NCBI GenBank assembly: GCA_037975505.1
Contig: JBANGJ010000033.1
Span: 1,033 to 65,032, forward strand
Source of the DNA: Gemmatimonadota bacterium
Lineage (GTDB): Bacteria; Gemmatimonadota; Gemmatimonadetes; Gemmatimonadales; Gemmatimonadaceae
DNA: 64,000 nucleotides
Direction: 5' to 3'
Of the stretch, positions 25,683-33,988 are shown piece after piece (within the stretch, counting starts at the first letter, position 1; each line of letters starts with the position of its first letter). The notes beneath the pieces were generated by a model. It was not told the DNA's origin, did no database searches, and saw only the letters and a program-made list of their open reading frames with translations. Made by a program: the position numbers and the translations under genes.

Positions 25683-28600
25683 CAGGCCACCGTGACGTAG
25701 CTGCGGATCTCCCACTCGCGTCCGAGCGGGAAGCCGGGGGCCCCGGGGTCGCAGACGCTGTCTCCGGCCCCGTTGGTGGTCAACGTCGGGCAGTAACGCG
25801 GCGAGTACCGATCGAGGGATCGCCACGTTCCACGCACGCCGAACTTCGTCTCCGGCAGGTCGAACCACTGCGGCTTCCCGAGCACGTATGCCACATCGGC
25901 GAGGTACTGGGCCGGGAAGGTGAGGTTGAAGTCGCGATGGTAGTCGTAGGGGCCGAAGTCGTTGAAGCGGGCGGCTCCGACGACCTTCAACGGACCGGAG
26001 ACGAGGCGCAGGTCGCCCCCGGCGCGCGAGACGAGGCGTTGGCTGTCGCCGTTGGGCTCGGCCGTCCCGCCGTAGGCGTTCACGATGACCCGCAGGTCGC
26101 TCCCCACGCGCGCGATGATGCGAGTCCGCACCTCCCAGAGGTCCCGCGCCGGCGTCGACGCCGGGAACGCGAACGGGGTCCGACCGTCCGCCAGAATGCC
26201 GATGGAGGCGTCCATCCCGGTGGGCAGATGCTTGTACGTGTACGCGAGGCTCGCCGCGAAGCGTGCATCCTCGCGCACGTCGTTGTCCCACTGGTACATC
26301 CAGGTGGCGGGCGTCGGGTCCCAGGTGAGCACGAGCTCGCCGGCCGCCATCTCCCGATTGGCGCGGACGACGAAGGGATCGACGAGCACGTTGCGCAGGC
26401 GCCCCGGCGCCGGGACGCCGCGCGGCATCGGCCCCACGAGCGGCTGCTGCACGAGGACGTTCGGCGCGATCTGCAGGCGGCCGAGCGTGTAGGTGAACCC
26501 GGTCATCGCGTTCCACTGGTTGCTCATCCCCGTGTCCCGCAGCCACCAGCCGGTGTACGTCTGCACCGAGGTCGGTCCGCCGTCGGCCACGAGCCCCATG
26601 AAGGCCCCCTGGGCGTACCAGTTCACCCGTCCGCGCGAGACGGTCAGCTTGGCCTTGGCCCCGAACGTGTCGGACGGACGGATCTCGTCCAACAGGACCT
26701 GATAGTTCCCGGGCGTGCCCTCGGCGCGCTGGAAGGTGTCGCCCACGCGGGTGGAACCGGCCCAGATGCCGCCCGCCTCCACGCCAACCCCGAGCAGGGT
26801 GGTGGCGGCGTGCAGCGAGGCGCGGCGCGTCGGGGGGAGGGGAATCGCCAGCGAGCTCGTCGTCGCGCCCACCGGGATGCGCGCGAGGTCCTCCTGAAAG
26901 AGGCCCGTGACCACCACGCGGCCGACGGTGCGCCGGTACTTCACGAGCGCGGCCGGGTTCGCGCCCCACCAGAGCTCCGGACCGAAGGCGACCTTCAGCC
27001 CGTCGAGGCGCCGCTTGCCGGTGATCTCGACGCCCAGCGGCGCGGCGGCGTTGTAGATGTCGATGTTCCGCCCGTAGTTGGCTTCGCGGTAGACCCCGAA
27101 GAAGTCGCCCTCGTAGCCCCAGTGGTAGTGTCCGGTGCGATTGAACGCCTCCAGGCGGAAGTCGCGGGCCTCCCAGTTCACCTGCGCCTTGTAGACCTTC
27201 AGGCGCTCGATGCCGTCGAGCGGCAAGGTGCCCCCGTCGGGCATGACCACGGGCCGCACGCGGCCACGGTTCTCATAGAAGATCTCGTCGATCGGATTCT
27301 CGGCCACGCGGCCGAGCACATTCACCGCGAGCGTGGCCTGCAGGCGCTCGGACGGCTTGGCCTCGAACTCGACGAAGTAGGACTCCATCCGGTCGAAGCC
27401 GCGGAACGCGGGCCGGTCCGTGACGCTCGGGGCGGAGGCGGGCGGTGTGCGCAGTGCGCTCCCGCCCGTCGTGAAGGTCGAGAGCTCCAGGCGCATCCCC
27501 TTCACACGGATCGGGCTCTGGGTCTCGCTCGGGGCCGCCCCGAGGTCGGCGCGCGCCTGCATCGTCAAGGCGGCGGGCTCGATGGACGCGACGTGGGCCC
27601 GGATGGCGGCCCGGTCCACCCCCGCGGCGTACGGATCGAGCGCGTGGATCCGCTGCAGGCCGTAGTACGCGGCCCGCGGGTAGAGCTCGAAGAGTCCCCG
27701 CGCGTCCGGCGGCCCCTTGGCCGCGATGCCCCACCACTCCTCGTTCATGTTGTTCTCGCCGCGCACGAAATCGTGCGGATACGCGTCCGCCGGCCACGAG
27801 GCATTGAGGTCGTGCACGTCCAGTCGGGATTCCTGCCCGAACTTCCACCACCCGTCGCTCCACTGGAAGGTGAAGCCGCCGATCGCGTTGCCCGCGAGCC
27901 CGTGCCCCGCGGACTGTTCATAGATCTCTCCCCACTGCGCGATGAGGTACCGCGCCTGTGCCTCCTGATCCTCCCGCCCCTCGCGCTCGTTCCAGGCGTC
28001 CGCGCCGAACTCCGTGAACACCACCGGCAGGTCGAGTTTGGACTTCACCACGTCGAAGAAGTCGCGGAAGGAGGCGCCCCGGTACACGTTCGCGCCCAGG
28101 AGGTCGATGCCCCGCGCGTCGCGTGCGATGAGGTCCACGTATTGCAGGTCCCCGTTGGCATACGCGACCAGGTGTCCCGGGTCCGCGGCCTTCACGGCGC
28201 GGGCGACCTCACCCACGAGGGAATAGAGGTACCGGGCGCGCGCCGCGTCCCGCTCGCCGACGGGCAGGGCCTCGGTCTCCGCCGACTTCCAGCTCAGGCC
28301 GTAGTTGTTCTCGTTGCCGAGGAGCCAGAACAGGAGGCCGGGCGTCCCACGGAACTCCTCCACCAGGGCCAGCACCTCGGCGGTCAGCGCGTGCCGCACG
28401 CGCGGGTCGGAGTAGTCGGTCTGGGGCTGATAGACCCCATCGATGGTGGTCCCGTAGCGGCCGAGCGGGTGGTTCACCACGGTCATGATGCCGTAGCGCT
28501 CGTAGATGTGCTTGACCCACCGAGGGGGGATGCCGGCGTAGACCCGGATGGCGTTGGCGCCCATCCGCCGTACGAGGGTCATCTCACGCGCGAGCGCCGC

Positions 28601-28837
28601 CTCGATCATCGCGTCCGGCTGGGTCCAAAGACTGTAGGCGTAGTTCTCGCCGATCGGGACGTAGTCCCAGTTCACGCCATTGATCATGTACGGGCGGCCG
28701 TCCACTTCCAGTCGGAGGCCGGACGTGTCGCGGGCGACGCGCACCTGCGGGACGGCCGCTTGGCTGCGCGCAGTCGATGCCGACAGGGTGACGGCGAGGG
28801 CGGCGAGCAGGATTCGGCGGATGCGTGCGTGAGGCAT
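25679..28837 (-). CDS. Clan GH-A (GH2/GH158-like) TIM-barrel glycoside hydrolase fused to predicted outer-membrane beta-barrel
   Basis: GAGGAGG RBS; Sec signal; MGANAIRVY, WLLGNENNY (acid/base), VFTEFGAD (nucleophile), FQWSDGWWK, NEEWWG; C-terminal ~600 aa of alternating amphipathic strands ending WEIRSYVTVAW. Confidence 0.8.
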   Translation of the reverse strand: MPHARIRRILLAALAVTLSASTARSQAAVPQVRVARDTSGLRLEVDGRPYMINGVNWDYVPIGENYAYSLWTQPDAMIEAALAREMTLVRRMGANAIRVYAGIPPRWVKHIYERYGIMTVVNHPLGRYGTTIDGVYQPQTDYSDPRVRHALTAEVLALVEEFRGTPGLLFWLLGNENNYGLSWKSAETEALPVGERDAARARYLYSLVGEVARAVKAADPGHLVAYANGDLQYVDLIARDARGIDLLGANVYRGASFRDFFDVVKSKLDLPVVFTEFGADAWNEREGREDQEAQARYLIAQWGEIYEQSAGHGLAGNAIGGFTFQWSDGWWKFGQESRLDVHDLNASWPADAYPHDFVRGENNMNEEWWGIAAKGPPDARGLFELYPRAAYYGLQRIHALDPYAAGVDRAAIRAHVASIEPAALTMQARADLGAAPSETQSPIRVKGMRLELSTFTTGGSALRTPPASAPSVTDRPAFRGFDRMESYFVEFEAKPSERLQATLAVNVLGRVAENPIDEIFYENRGRVRPVVMPDGGTLPLDGIERLKVYKAQVNWEARDFRLEAFNRTGHYHWGYEGDFFGVYREANYGRNIDIYNAAAPLGVEITGKRRLDGLKVAFGPELWWGANPAALVKYRRTVGRVVVTGLFQEDLARIPVGATTSSLAIPLPPTRRASLHAATTLLGVGVEAGGIWAGSTRVGDTFQRAEGTPGNYQVLLDEIRPSDTFGAKAKLTVSRGRVNWYAQGAFMGLVADGGPTSVQTYTGWWLRDTGMSNQWNAMTGFTYTLGRLQIAPNVLVQQPLVGPMPRGVPAPGRLRNVLVDPFVVRANREMAAGELVLTWDPTPATWMYQWDNDVREDARFAASLAYTYKHLPTGMDASIGILADGRTPFAFPASTPARDLWEVRTRIIARVGSDLRVIVNAYGGTAEPNGDSQRLVSRAGGDLRLVSGPLKVVGAARFNDFGPYDYHRDFNLTFPAQYLADVAYVLGKPQWFDLPETKFGVRGTWRSLDRYSPRYCPTLTTNGAGDSVCDPGAPGFPLGREWEIRSYVTVAW

Positions 28838-28874
28838 CGGGGCCTCCTCGGGGGGCGAGGGGGGAGGGGAACCC

Positions 28875-28903
28875 ACACTTTGTTCGTGAGGCAAACAAAG
28901 TGT
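28875..28903. promoter_or_regulatory. ROK-family operator 2: ACACTTTGTT-N9-AACAAAGTGT
   Basis: Perfect 10-bp arms with the same core and spacing as operator 1. Confidence 0.85.
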
Positions 28904-28927
28904 CGCCCCTCCGGTTCTCGCCGTCAA
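28899..28927 (-). promoter_or_regulatory. Sigma70-type promoter TTGACG-N17-GACACT
   Basis: -35 at 28927-28922 and -10 at 28904-28899, overlapped by operator 2. Confidence 0.65.
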
Positions 28928-28981
28928 GGTCGTCCCGCGGGTTCCGTGGGGTCAGCCGTTCCCCCTCTCGCGTTCCGGCGG

Positions 28982-28987
28982 TAGAAT
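28982..28987 (+). promoter_or_regulatory. -10 box TAGAAT 7 nt before ATG (probable leaderless)
   Basis: TAGAAT-CTTCGGT-ATG with no SD. Confidence 0.55.
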
Positions 28988-28994
28988 CTTCGGT

Positions 28995-29729
28995 ATGGGT
29001 TCCCTTCTGTCCGGCTCCGCCGTGCGACGCGGTGTCGCTTCTGCGCTCCTCCTTACCGTTGGTGTGGCCTGTCACCCGTTCGGCGCCATCTCCGGTTCGC
29101 CGACGCCGCAGGCGCCCTTCGACGGCTTCCCCGACACCCCGGTCGTCCCGTCCGTCGGGGCCTCGTCGGCCGCCGCGATCGCCGCCGCCCGCGCCGACAG
29201 CCTGCGCATCCCGTACACCGCCGCCGACGTCGAATTCATGTCCGGGATGGTCAGCCACCATTCGCAGGCCGTCGCGATGGCGCGGTTGGCCCCGACGCGC
29301 GCCGGCAGCGAGACCATCCGGACCCTCGCGGCCCGAATCATCAATGCCCAGCAGGACGAGATCGCCATCATGCAGACGTGGCTCGCCGATCGGCAGCAGC
29401 CCGTCCCCCCCGCCAACCCGAACGGGATGCTCCACGAGATGGCGGGGATGACGCACACGATGCTCATGCCCGGGATGCTGACGGCGGAGCAGGTGCGGGC
29501 CCTCGGCCGCTCGAAGGGCGCCGAGTTCGACGGTCTCTTCCTGCGCTACATGATCCAGCACCATCGGGGCGCGACCGAGATGGTCCGGCAGCTCTTCGCC
29601 ACGCCGGGGGCTGGCGAGAATGATGTCGTCTTCAAGTTCGCCTCCGATGTGAACGTCGATCAGACCACCGAGATTGCCCGCATGGAGTTGCTCCTCGTGA
29701 CGTTGGTCGTGCAGGGGGGACTCCCCTGA
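28995..29729 (+). CDS. DUF305 ferritin-like lipoprotein
   Basis: ADVEFMSGMVSHHSQAVAM, QQDEIAIM, MPGMLT, FLRYMIQHHRGATEM, DQTTEIARM; GVAC lipobox. Confidence 0.9.
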   Translation: MGSLLSGSAVRRGVASALLLTVGVACHPFGAISGSPTPQAPFDGFPDTPVVPSVGASSAAAIAAARADSLRIPYTAADVEFMSGMVSHHSQAVAMARLAPTRAGSETIRTLAARIINAQQDEIAIMQTWLADRQQPVPPANPNGMLHEMAGMTHTMLMPGMLTAEQVRALGRSKGAEFDGLFLRYMIQHHRGATEMVRQLFATPGAGENDVVFKFASDVNVDQTTEIARMELLLVTLVVQGGLP

Positions 29730-29797
29730 GCGTCCCGCGGTCCGCGCGCCTGTTCCTCGCAGTGTTCGTCCCACCCGTCCCCCTTCCGGAGTCCCGC

Positions 29798-31804
29798 ATG
29801 GCGTCACCCCGTCGTTCCCGCGCCGCCGATCGGCGCCCGTCCCGCCTCCTCGGTCTGCTCGCGCTGTCGGCGATCTTCGCCACGGCGTGCGCGCCGGGCG
29901 CCGGTACCACCGCGGCCGCCCCGGCGTCGCCCGCGCGCGATCCGCGCGTCGGCTTGGCGGCCGGCCTGCACAACGCGGCCGAGGCCGTCTGGAACCTCCG
30001 CGTCCTCTCCAAGACGCCCTCGCCGGAGCCGTTCGCCAAGTCGACGAACTCCGACCTCTCGTTCCTCGGGAAGTACGCCATCCAGGGTAACTACAACGGC
30101 TACCAGATCTGGGACCTCACGGATCCGACCAAGCCGGCGATGACCGCCTCGCTCTACTGCCCGGCCTCGCAGAGTGACGTCTCGGTCTACGGCAACCTCC
30201 TCTTCGTCTCGGGCGAGGGCCTCACCGGCCGACTCGACTGCGGCGCGCAGGGGGTCCGGGACACCGTGAGTGCGGAGCGGCTCCGCGGCCTGCGCATCTT
30301 CGACATCAGCGACATCCGCAACCCGCGCAACGTCGGCAACGTGCAGACCTGCCGCGGTTCGCACACGCACACGGTGCTCGAGGATCCGAACGACCGCGAG
30401 AACGTGTACGTCTACATCTCCGGCTCCGCCGGCATCCGGTCGCCGAACGAGCTGCCGGGCTGCGTCCGTGAGACGCCGGACGTGAACCCGAACTCGGCGC
30501 TCTTCCGCATCGAGGTCATCAAGGTCCCGCTCGCGCATCCCGAGCGGGCCGCGATCGTCAGCTCGCCGCGCATCTTCAATGATCTCGTCGCGCCGCCGCG
30601 GCATGGCGAGGCGCCGGACGACATCGCGAACGCGCAGCGCGCCATCGACAACGCCAAGCGCAGCGGGCAGTACGTGGTCACCATCGAGGGGCAGACGATC
30701 GTCGTCCCCCCGCAGTTCACCAAGCCGCTGCTCGACAGCATCGTCCGCACCCGCGGCGGCACCGGCGCCCCGACGGCGGCCGACTCGGCCGCACTCCGCG
30801 GCTCCATCAACGACATCGTCACCCGAATGGCGGGGCTGCCGGTGCGTCGCCCGGGCGCCAACGGCCCGCGGCCGGGCCCGACCCAGTGCCATGACATCAC
30901 GGTGTATCCCGCCATCGGCCTCGCCGGCGGTGCCTGCGAGGGGTACGGTCTCCTCCTCGACATCTCGGATCCGGTGAACCCGCGCCGGATCGGCGCCGTG
31001 GCCGACTCCAACTTCTCCTACTGGCACTCGGCCACGTTCAACAACGACGGCACGAAGGTGCTGTTCAGCGACGAATGGGGCGGTGGCGGCGGCCCGAAGT
31101 GCCGCGCGAGTGACCCGAAGGCGTGGGGCGCGGACGCGCTCTTCACCATTACGGACCGTCAGCTGCGGTTCCAGAGCTACTACAAGATGGCGGCGCCGCA
31201 GACGGCGTTCGAGAACTGCGTGGCGCACAACGGCTCGCTCATTCCGATCCCCGGGCGCGACATCATGGTGCAGTCGTGGTACCAGGGCGGCATCTCGGTG
31301 TTCGACTGGACCGATGCGTCGCGGCCCGTCGAGATCGCCTTCCACGATCGCGGCCCGGTGGACTCCACCCGGATGACGAGCGCCGGCAGCTGGTCGGTGT
31401 ACTGGTACAACGGTCTCATCGTCAGCTCTGAGATCGCCCGCGGGCTCGACATCTTCGCGCTGCAGCCGAGCGCGTACCTCTCGCAGAACGAGATCGACGC
31501 CGCCAACACGGTGCGCTTCGACCATCTCAATCCGCAGGGGCAGCCCAAGATCACCTGGCCGCCGAGCTTCGCGCTCAGCCGGGCCTACGTCGACCAGCTC
31601 GAGCGGTCGCGCGGGCTCTCGGCGCGGCGCATCTCCGACGTGCGGGTCAAGCTCGCCGCCGCCGAGGCGCTCAGCGGGTCGGCGCGCAGCACCGCGCTGC
31701 ACGCCCTCGGGACCGCGCTCGACGCCGACGTGGGCGGGAGCGGTGACGAGGCCAAGGTGAAGCTGCTGGCCGGGTCGGTCCACGCGCTGGCCTCGGCGCG
31801 CTGA
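29798..31804 (+). CDS. LVIVD-repeat beta-propeller lipoprotein
   Basis: NSDLSF, QGNYNG, CPASQSDVSVYG, GLRIFDIS, CRGSHTHT, CHDIT, WHSATFNNDG, NCVAHNG, QSWYQGG; FATAC lipobox. Confidence 0.85.
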   Translation: MASPRRSRAADRRPSRLLGLLALSAIFATACAPGAGTTAAAPASPARDPRVGLAAGLHNAAEAVWNLRVLSKTPSPEPFAKSTNSDLSFLGKYAIQGNYNGYQIWDLTDPTKPAMTASLYCPASQSDVSVYGNLLFVSGEGLTGRLDCGAQGVRDTVSAERLRGLRIFDISDIRNPRNVGNVQTCRGSHTHTVLEDPNDRENVYVYISGSAGIRSPNELPGCVRETPDVNPNSALFRIEVIKVPLAHPERAAIVSSPRIFNDLVAPPRHGEAPDDIANAQRAIDNAKRSGQYVVTIEGQTIVVPPQFTKPLLDSIVRTRGGTGAPTAADSAALRGSINDIVTRMAGLPVRRPGANGPRPGPTQCHDITVYPAIGLAGGACEGYGLLLDISDPVNPRRIGAVADSNFSYWHSATFNNDGTKVLFSDEWGGGGGPKCRASDPKAWGADALFTITDRQLRFQSYYKMAAPQTAFENCVAHNGSLIPIPGRDIMVQSWYQGGISVFDWTDASRPVEIAFHDRGPVDSTRMTSAGSWSVYWYNGLIVSSEIARGLDIFALQPSAYLSQNEIDAANTVRFDHLNPQGQPKITWPPSFALSRAYVDQLERSRGLSARRISDVRVKLAAAEALSGSARSTALHALGTALDADVGGSGDEAKVKLLAGSVHALASAR

Positions 31805-31806
31805 CC

Positions 31807-33063
31807 ATGGACAAGCGCGAGTTCCTGCGGACCCTCGGCGGGAGCTCGCTCGGGCTGCTCCTGGGCCCGGACCTGTTGGACCGGATGGCGGGCGTCCCGC
31901 CCGCCATCCTCGCCGCGGATGAGCCGTTCTGGACGGCCATCCGCGCGAGCTATCGGCTGACGCCTGACTACATCAACCTCGAGAGTGGGTACTTCTCGAT
32001 GCAGGCGCAGCCGGTGCTCGAGGCGTTCATCGGGCGCGTGCGCCAGCTGAACCTCGAGCACTCTCGCTATATGCGGACCGTCATGCGCGACGACAAGGCG
32101 CGCGTGGCGGCCCGGCTCGCCGCGCTGGCCGGCTGCGGTGCCGACGAGCTCATCATCACGCGCAACACCACCGAAGGGCTCGACACCGTCATCGCCGGCC
32201 ACGACTGGCGGCCGGGGGACGAGGCCGTGATGGCCTCGCACGATTACGGGGCGATGCTCGACCAGTTCACCCTGATGGCGCGCCGGCACGGAATCGTGAA
32301 TCGGGTCGTGCAGGTGCCGCTCCACCCGCGATCCGACGATGAGGTGGTGCAGGCCTATGCCGCGGCCATCACGCCGAAGACGCGGCTGCTGCTCATTTCC
32401 CACATCGTCAACCTCACGGGGCAGGTGCTCCCGGTGCGGGCGGTGGCCGACATGGCCCACGCGCGCGGCGTGGCGGTCATGGTCGACGGGGCGCACGCCT
32501 TCGCGCAGCTCGACTATCGCATCCCCGACCTCGGGGCCGACTACTACGCCGCCTCCCTTCACAAGTGGCTTGGGGCCCCCCTCGGGGCGGGGCTGCTCTA
32601 TGTGCGGAAGGACCGGGTGCGCGGGCTCTGGCCCCTCTTCGGCGATCAGGGCTTCGCGGACGACGACATCCGCAAGCTGAACCACACGGGCACGCATCCC
32701 TGCCACACCGACCTCGGCATCGAGGACGCCATCGCGTTCCACGAGCGGATCGGGCTCGGGCGCAAGGAGGCGCGCCTGCGCCACCTGCAGGCGTACTGGA
32801 CGGCGCAGGTGCGTGGGCATCCGCGCATCGTGCTCAACACCCCGGCCGATCCGGCGCGAACCTGCGCCATCGCGAACGTCGGGGTGCTGGGGCTCACGCC
32901 CGGGGAGCTCGCCACGCGGCTCTTCCAGGAGCATCGGATCTGGACCGTCGCCATCGATCGGCCGGAGGCGGGAATCCGTGGCGTCCGGATCACGCCGCAC
33001 CTCTTCACGACGACGGACGAGCTGGATGTGCTCGTGCGGGGGTTACGCCAGCTGGCGGGCTGA
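31807..33063 (+). CDS. Class V PLP-dependent aminotransferase (isopenicillin-N epimerase/cysteine desulfurase-like), Tat-like signal
   Basis: RNTTEG, VDGAHA, PLP lysine SLHKWL, RITPH; N-terminus MDKREFLRTL. Confidence 0.88.
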   Translation: MDKREFLRTLGGSSLGLLLGPDLLDRMAGVPPAILAADEPFWTAIRASYRLTPDYINLESGYFSMQAQPVLEAFIGRVRQLNLEHSRYMRTVMRDDKARVAARLAALAGCGADELIITRNTTEGLDTVIAGHDWRPGDEAVMASHDYGAMLDQFTLMARRHGIVNRVVQVPLHPRSDDEVVQAYAAAITPKTRLLLISHIVNLTGQVLPVRAVADMAHARGVAVMVDGAHAFAQLDYRIPDLGADYYAASLHKWLGAPLGAGLLYVRKDRVRGLWPLFGDQGFADDDIRKLNHTGTHPCHTDLGIEDAIAFHERIGLGRKEARLRHLQAYWTAQVRGHPRIVLNTPADPARTCAIANVGVLGLTPGELATRLFQEHRIWTVAIDRPEAGIRGVRITPHLFTTTDELDVLVRGLRQLAG

Positions 33064-33067
33064 CGGC

Positions 33068-33808
33068 TCAGGCCTGGATCTGCATCGGCAGGCCAGCGGC
33101 ATCGCGCGGGGCGTCCTCCGGCAGGCGGAGGGCGCCCCGCGCGGCGATGCGGCCGGCGCTCCAGAGACAGGCGAGCGCGTCCAGGAGGTCGTCGTCCGCG
33201 GCATCGCGGCGCGGGATGGCGGCGCGGGCGTGTTCGAAGACGTCGGGGAAGGCGGTGTCAATGCGATCGCGCCGCGCGGCAGCCCCTCGCGGGTCCCGCT
33301 TGGGGTGGGCCATCGGCCGGCCGGCCTCGAGGCAGGCGAAGGCGAGCTCCGGGTGCACCTCGTGCACGCGAGCGGCCCAGTCCGGGTCGGCGCGCAGGGC
33401 GGTATCGATCGCCGTGATCTTCGGCAGGAGGTTGAACGCCTGCCGGCTCAGGGCTCGGCCGGTGGCCTGGCGCGCGCGCGCGCAGGCCTCGGTGTAGGTC
33501 GTCGCGCCCAGGACGGCGCGGGGCGGGGCGGGGAAGACGCTCGCGCGTCGGGGCCCGAGGGCGGTGCGGGTGAGGGTGTCGCAGGCGCGCGGTCCGGTGT
33601 CAGGCAGGCCGATCGGCATATCCAGGGCGACCGCCGTGCAGGGCCAGGTTGCCCGTATGAGGGCCGGGACGTCGGGGACGACCGTGACCGTCACGATTCC
33701 AGTCGGCGCTGTGCGGAGGGCGACCACCCAGCCGCCGCGGCAGCCGTCGGCGCCGGCGACTGACGGGAAGCGGTCCCGTCCGGCGGATTCCAGTTCCCGT
33801 CCAGTCAT
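33068..33808 (-). CDS. DUF429 domain protein (predicted RNase H-fold nuclease)
   Basis: GADGCRGGWV, LDMPIGLP, RACD, SVFPAP, EVHPELAF, DDLLDALAC. It forms the 3' end of a long antisense ORF. Confidence 0.85.
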   Translation of the reverse strand: MTGRELESAGRDRFPSVAGADGCRGGWVVALRTAPTGIVTVTVVPDVPALIRATWPCTAVALDMPIGLPDTGPRACDTLTRTALGPRRASVFPAPPRAVLGATTYTEACARARQATGRALSRQAFNLLPKITAIDTALRADPDWAARVHEVHPELAFACLEAGRPMAHPKRDPRGAAARRDRIDTAFPDVFEHARAAIPRRDAADDDLLDALACLWSAGRIAARGALRLPEDAPRDAAGLPMQIQA

Positions 33809-33831
33809 ATCGTTGTCCTGTAACGACTTCC

Positions 33832-33862
33832 TTGACAGAATTGTTTCCGGCTGAAGTATTAG
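33832..33862 (+). promoter_or_regulatory. Possible promoter for susC operon
   Basis: TTGACA at 33832-33837 in an AT-richer intergenic stretch; the -10 (AGTATTAG region) is imperfect. Confidence 0.35.
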
Positions 33863-33988
33863 GCCACCCCCCGAATGGTCGTTGTGCGTCGATACGCTGG
33901 TGTCCGCGTTCGTGACACGTGGTGTCGCACGGCGGCGTGCGGTGGGGAGAGACGAAGGACCACCCCCCATCCGTAAGGAGTGCACTGC

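Noticed and set aside
23856-26969. Long N-terminal extensions on the GH3, GH13-esterase, glgX and glgA ORFs suggesting fusions or frameshifts
   Set aside because: The extensions are off-frame readings of the upstream genes; clean GTGA/ATGA coupled starts explain them.
33068-33808. DUF429 as a defence or mobile-element nuclease
   Set aside because: Solitary gene; no partner genes, integrase or terminal repeats nearby.
33800-33960. Possible LacI/MalR operator upstream of susC (e.g. GCGTCGATACGC)
   Set aside because: Arms are short, I found no second copy upstream of the opposite operon, and no regulator gene is nearby.
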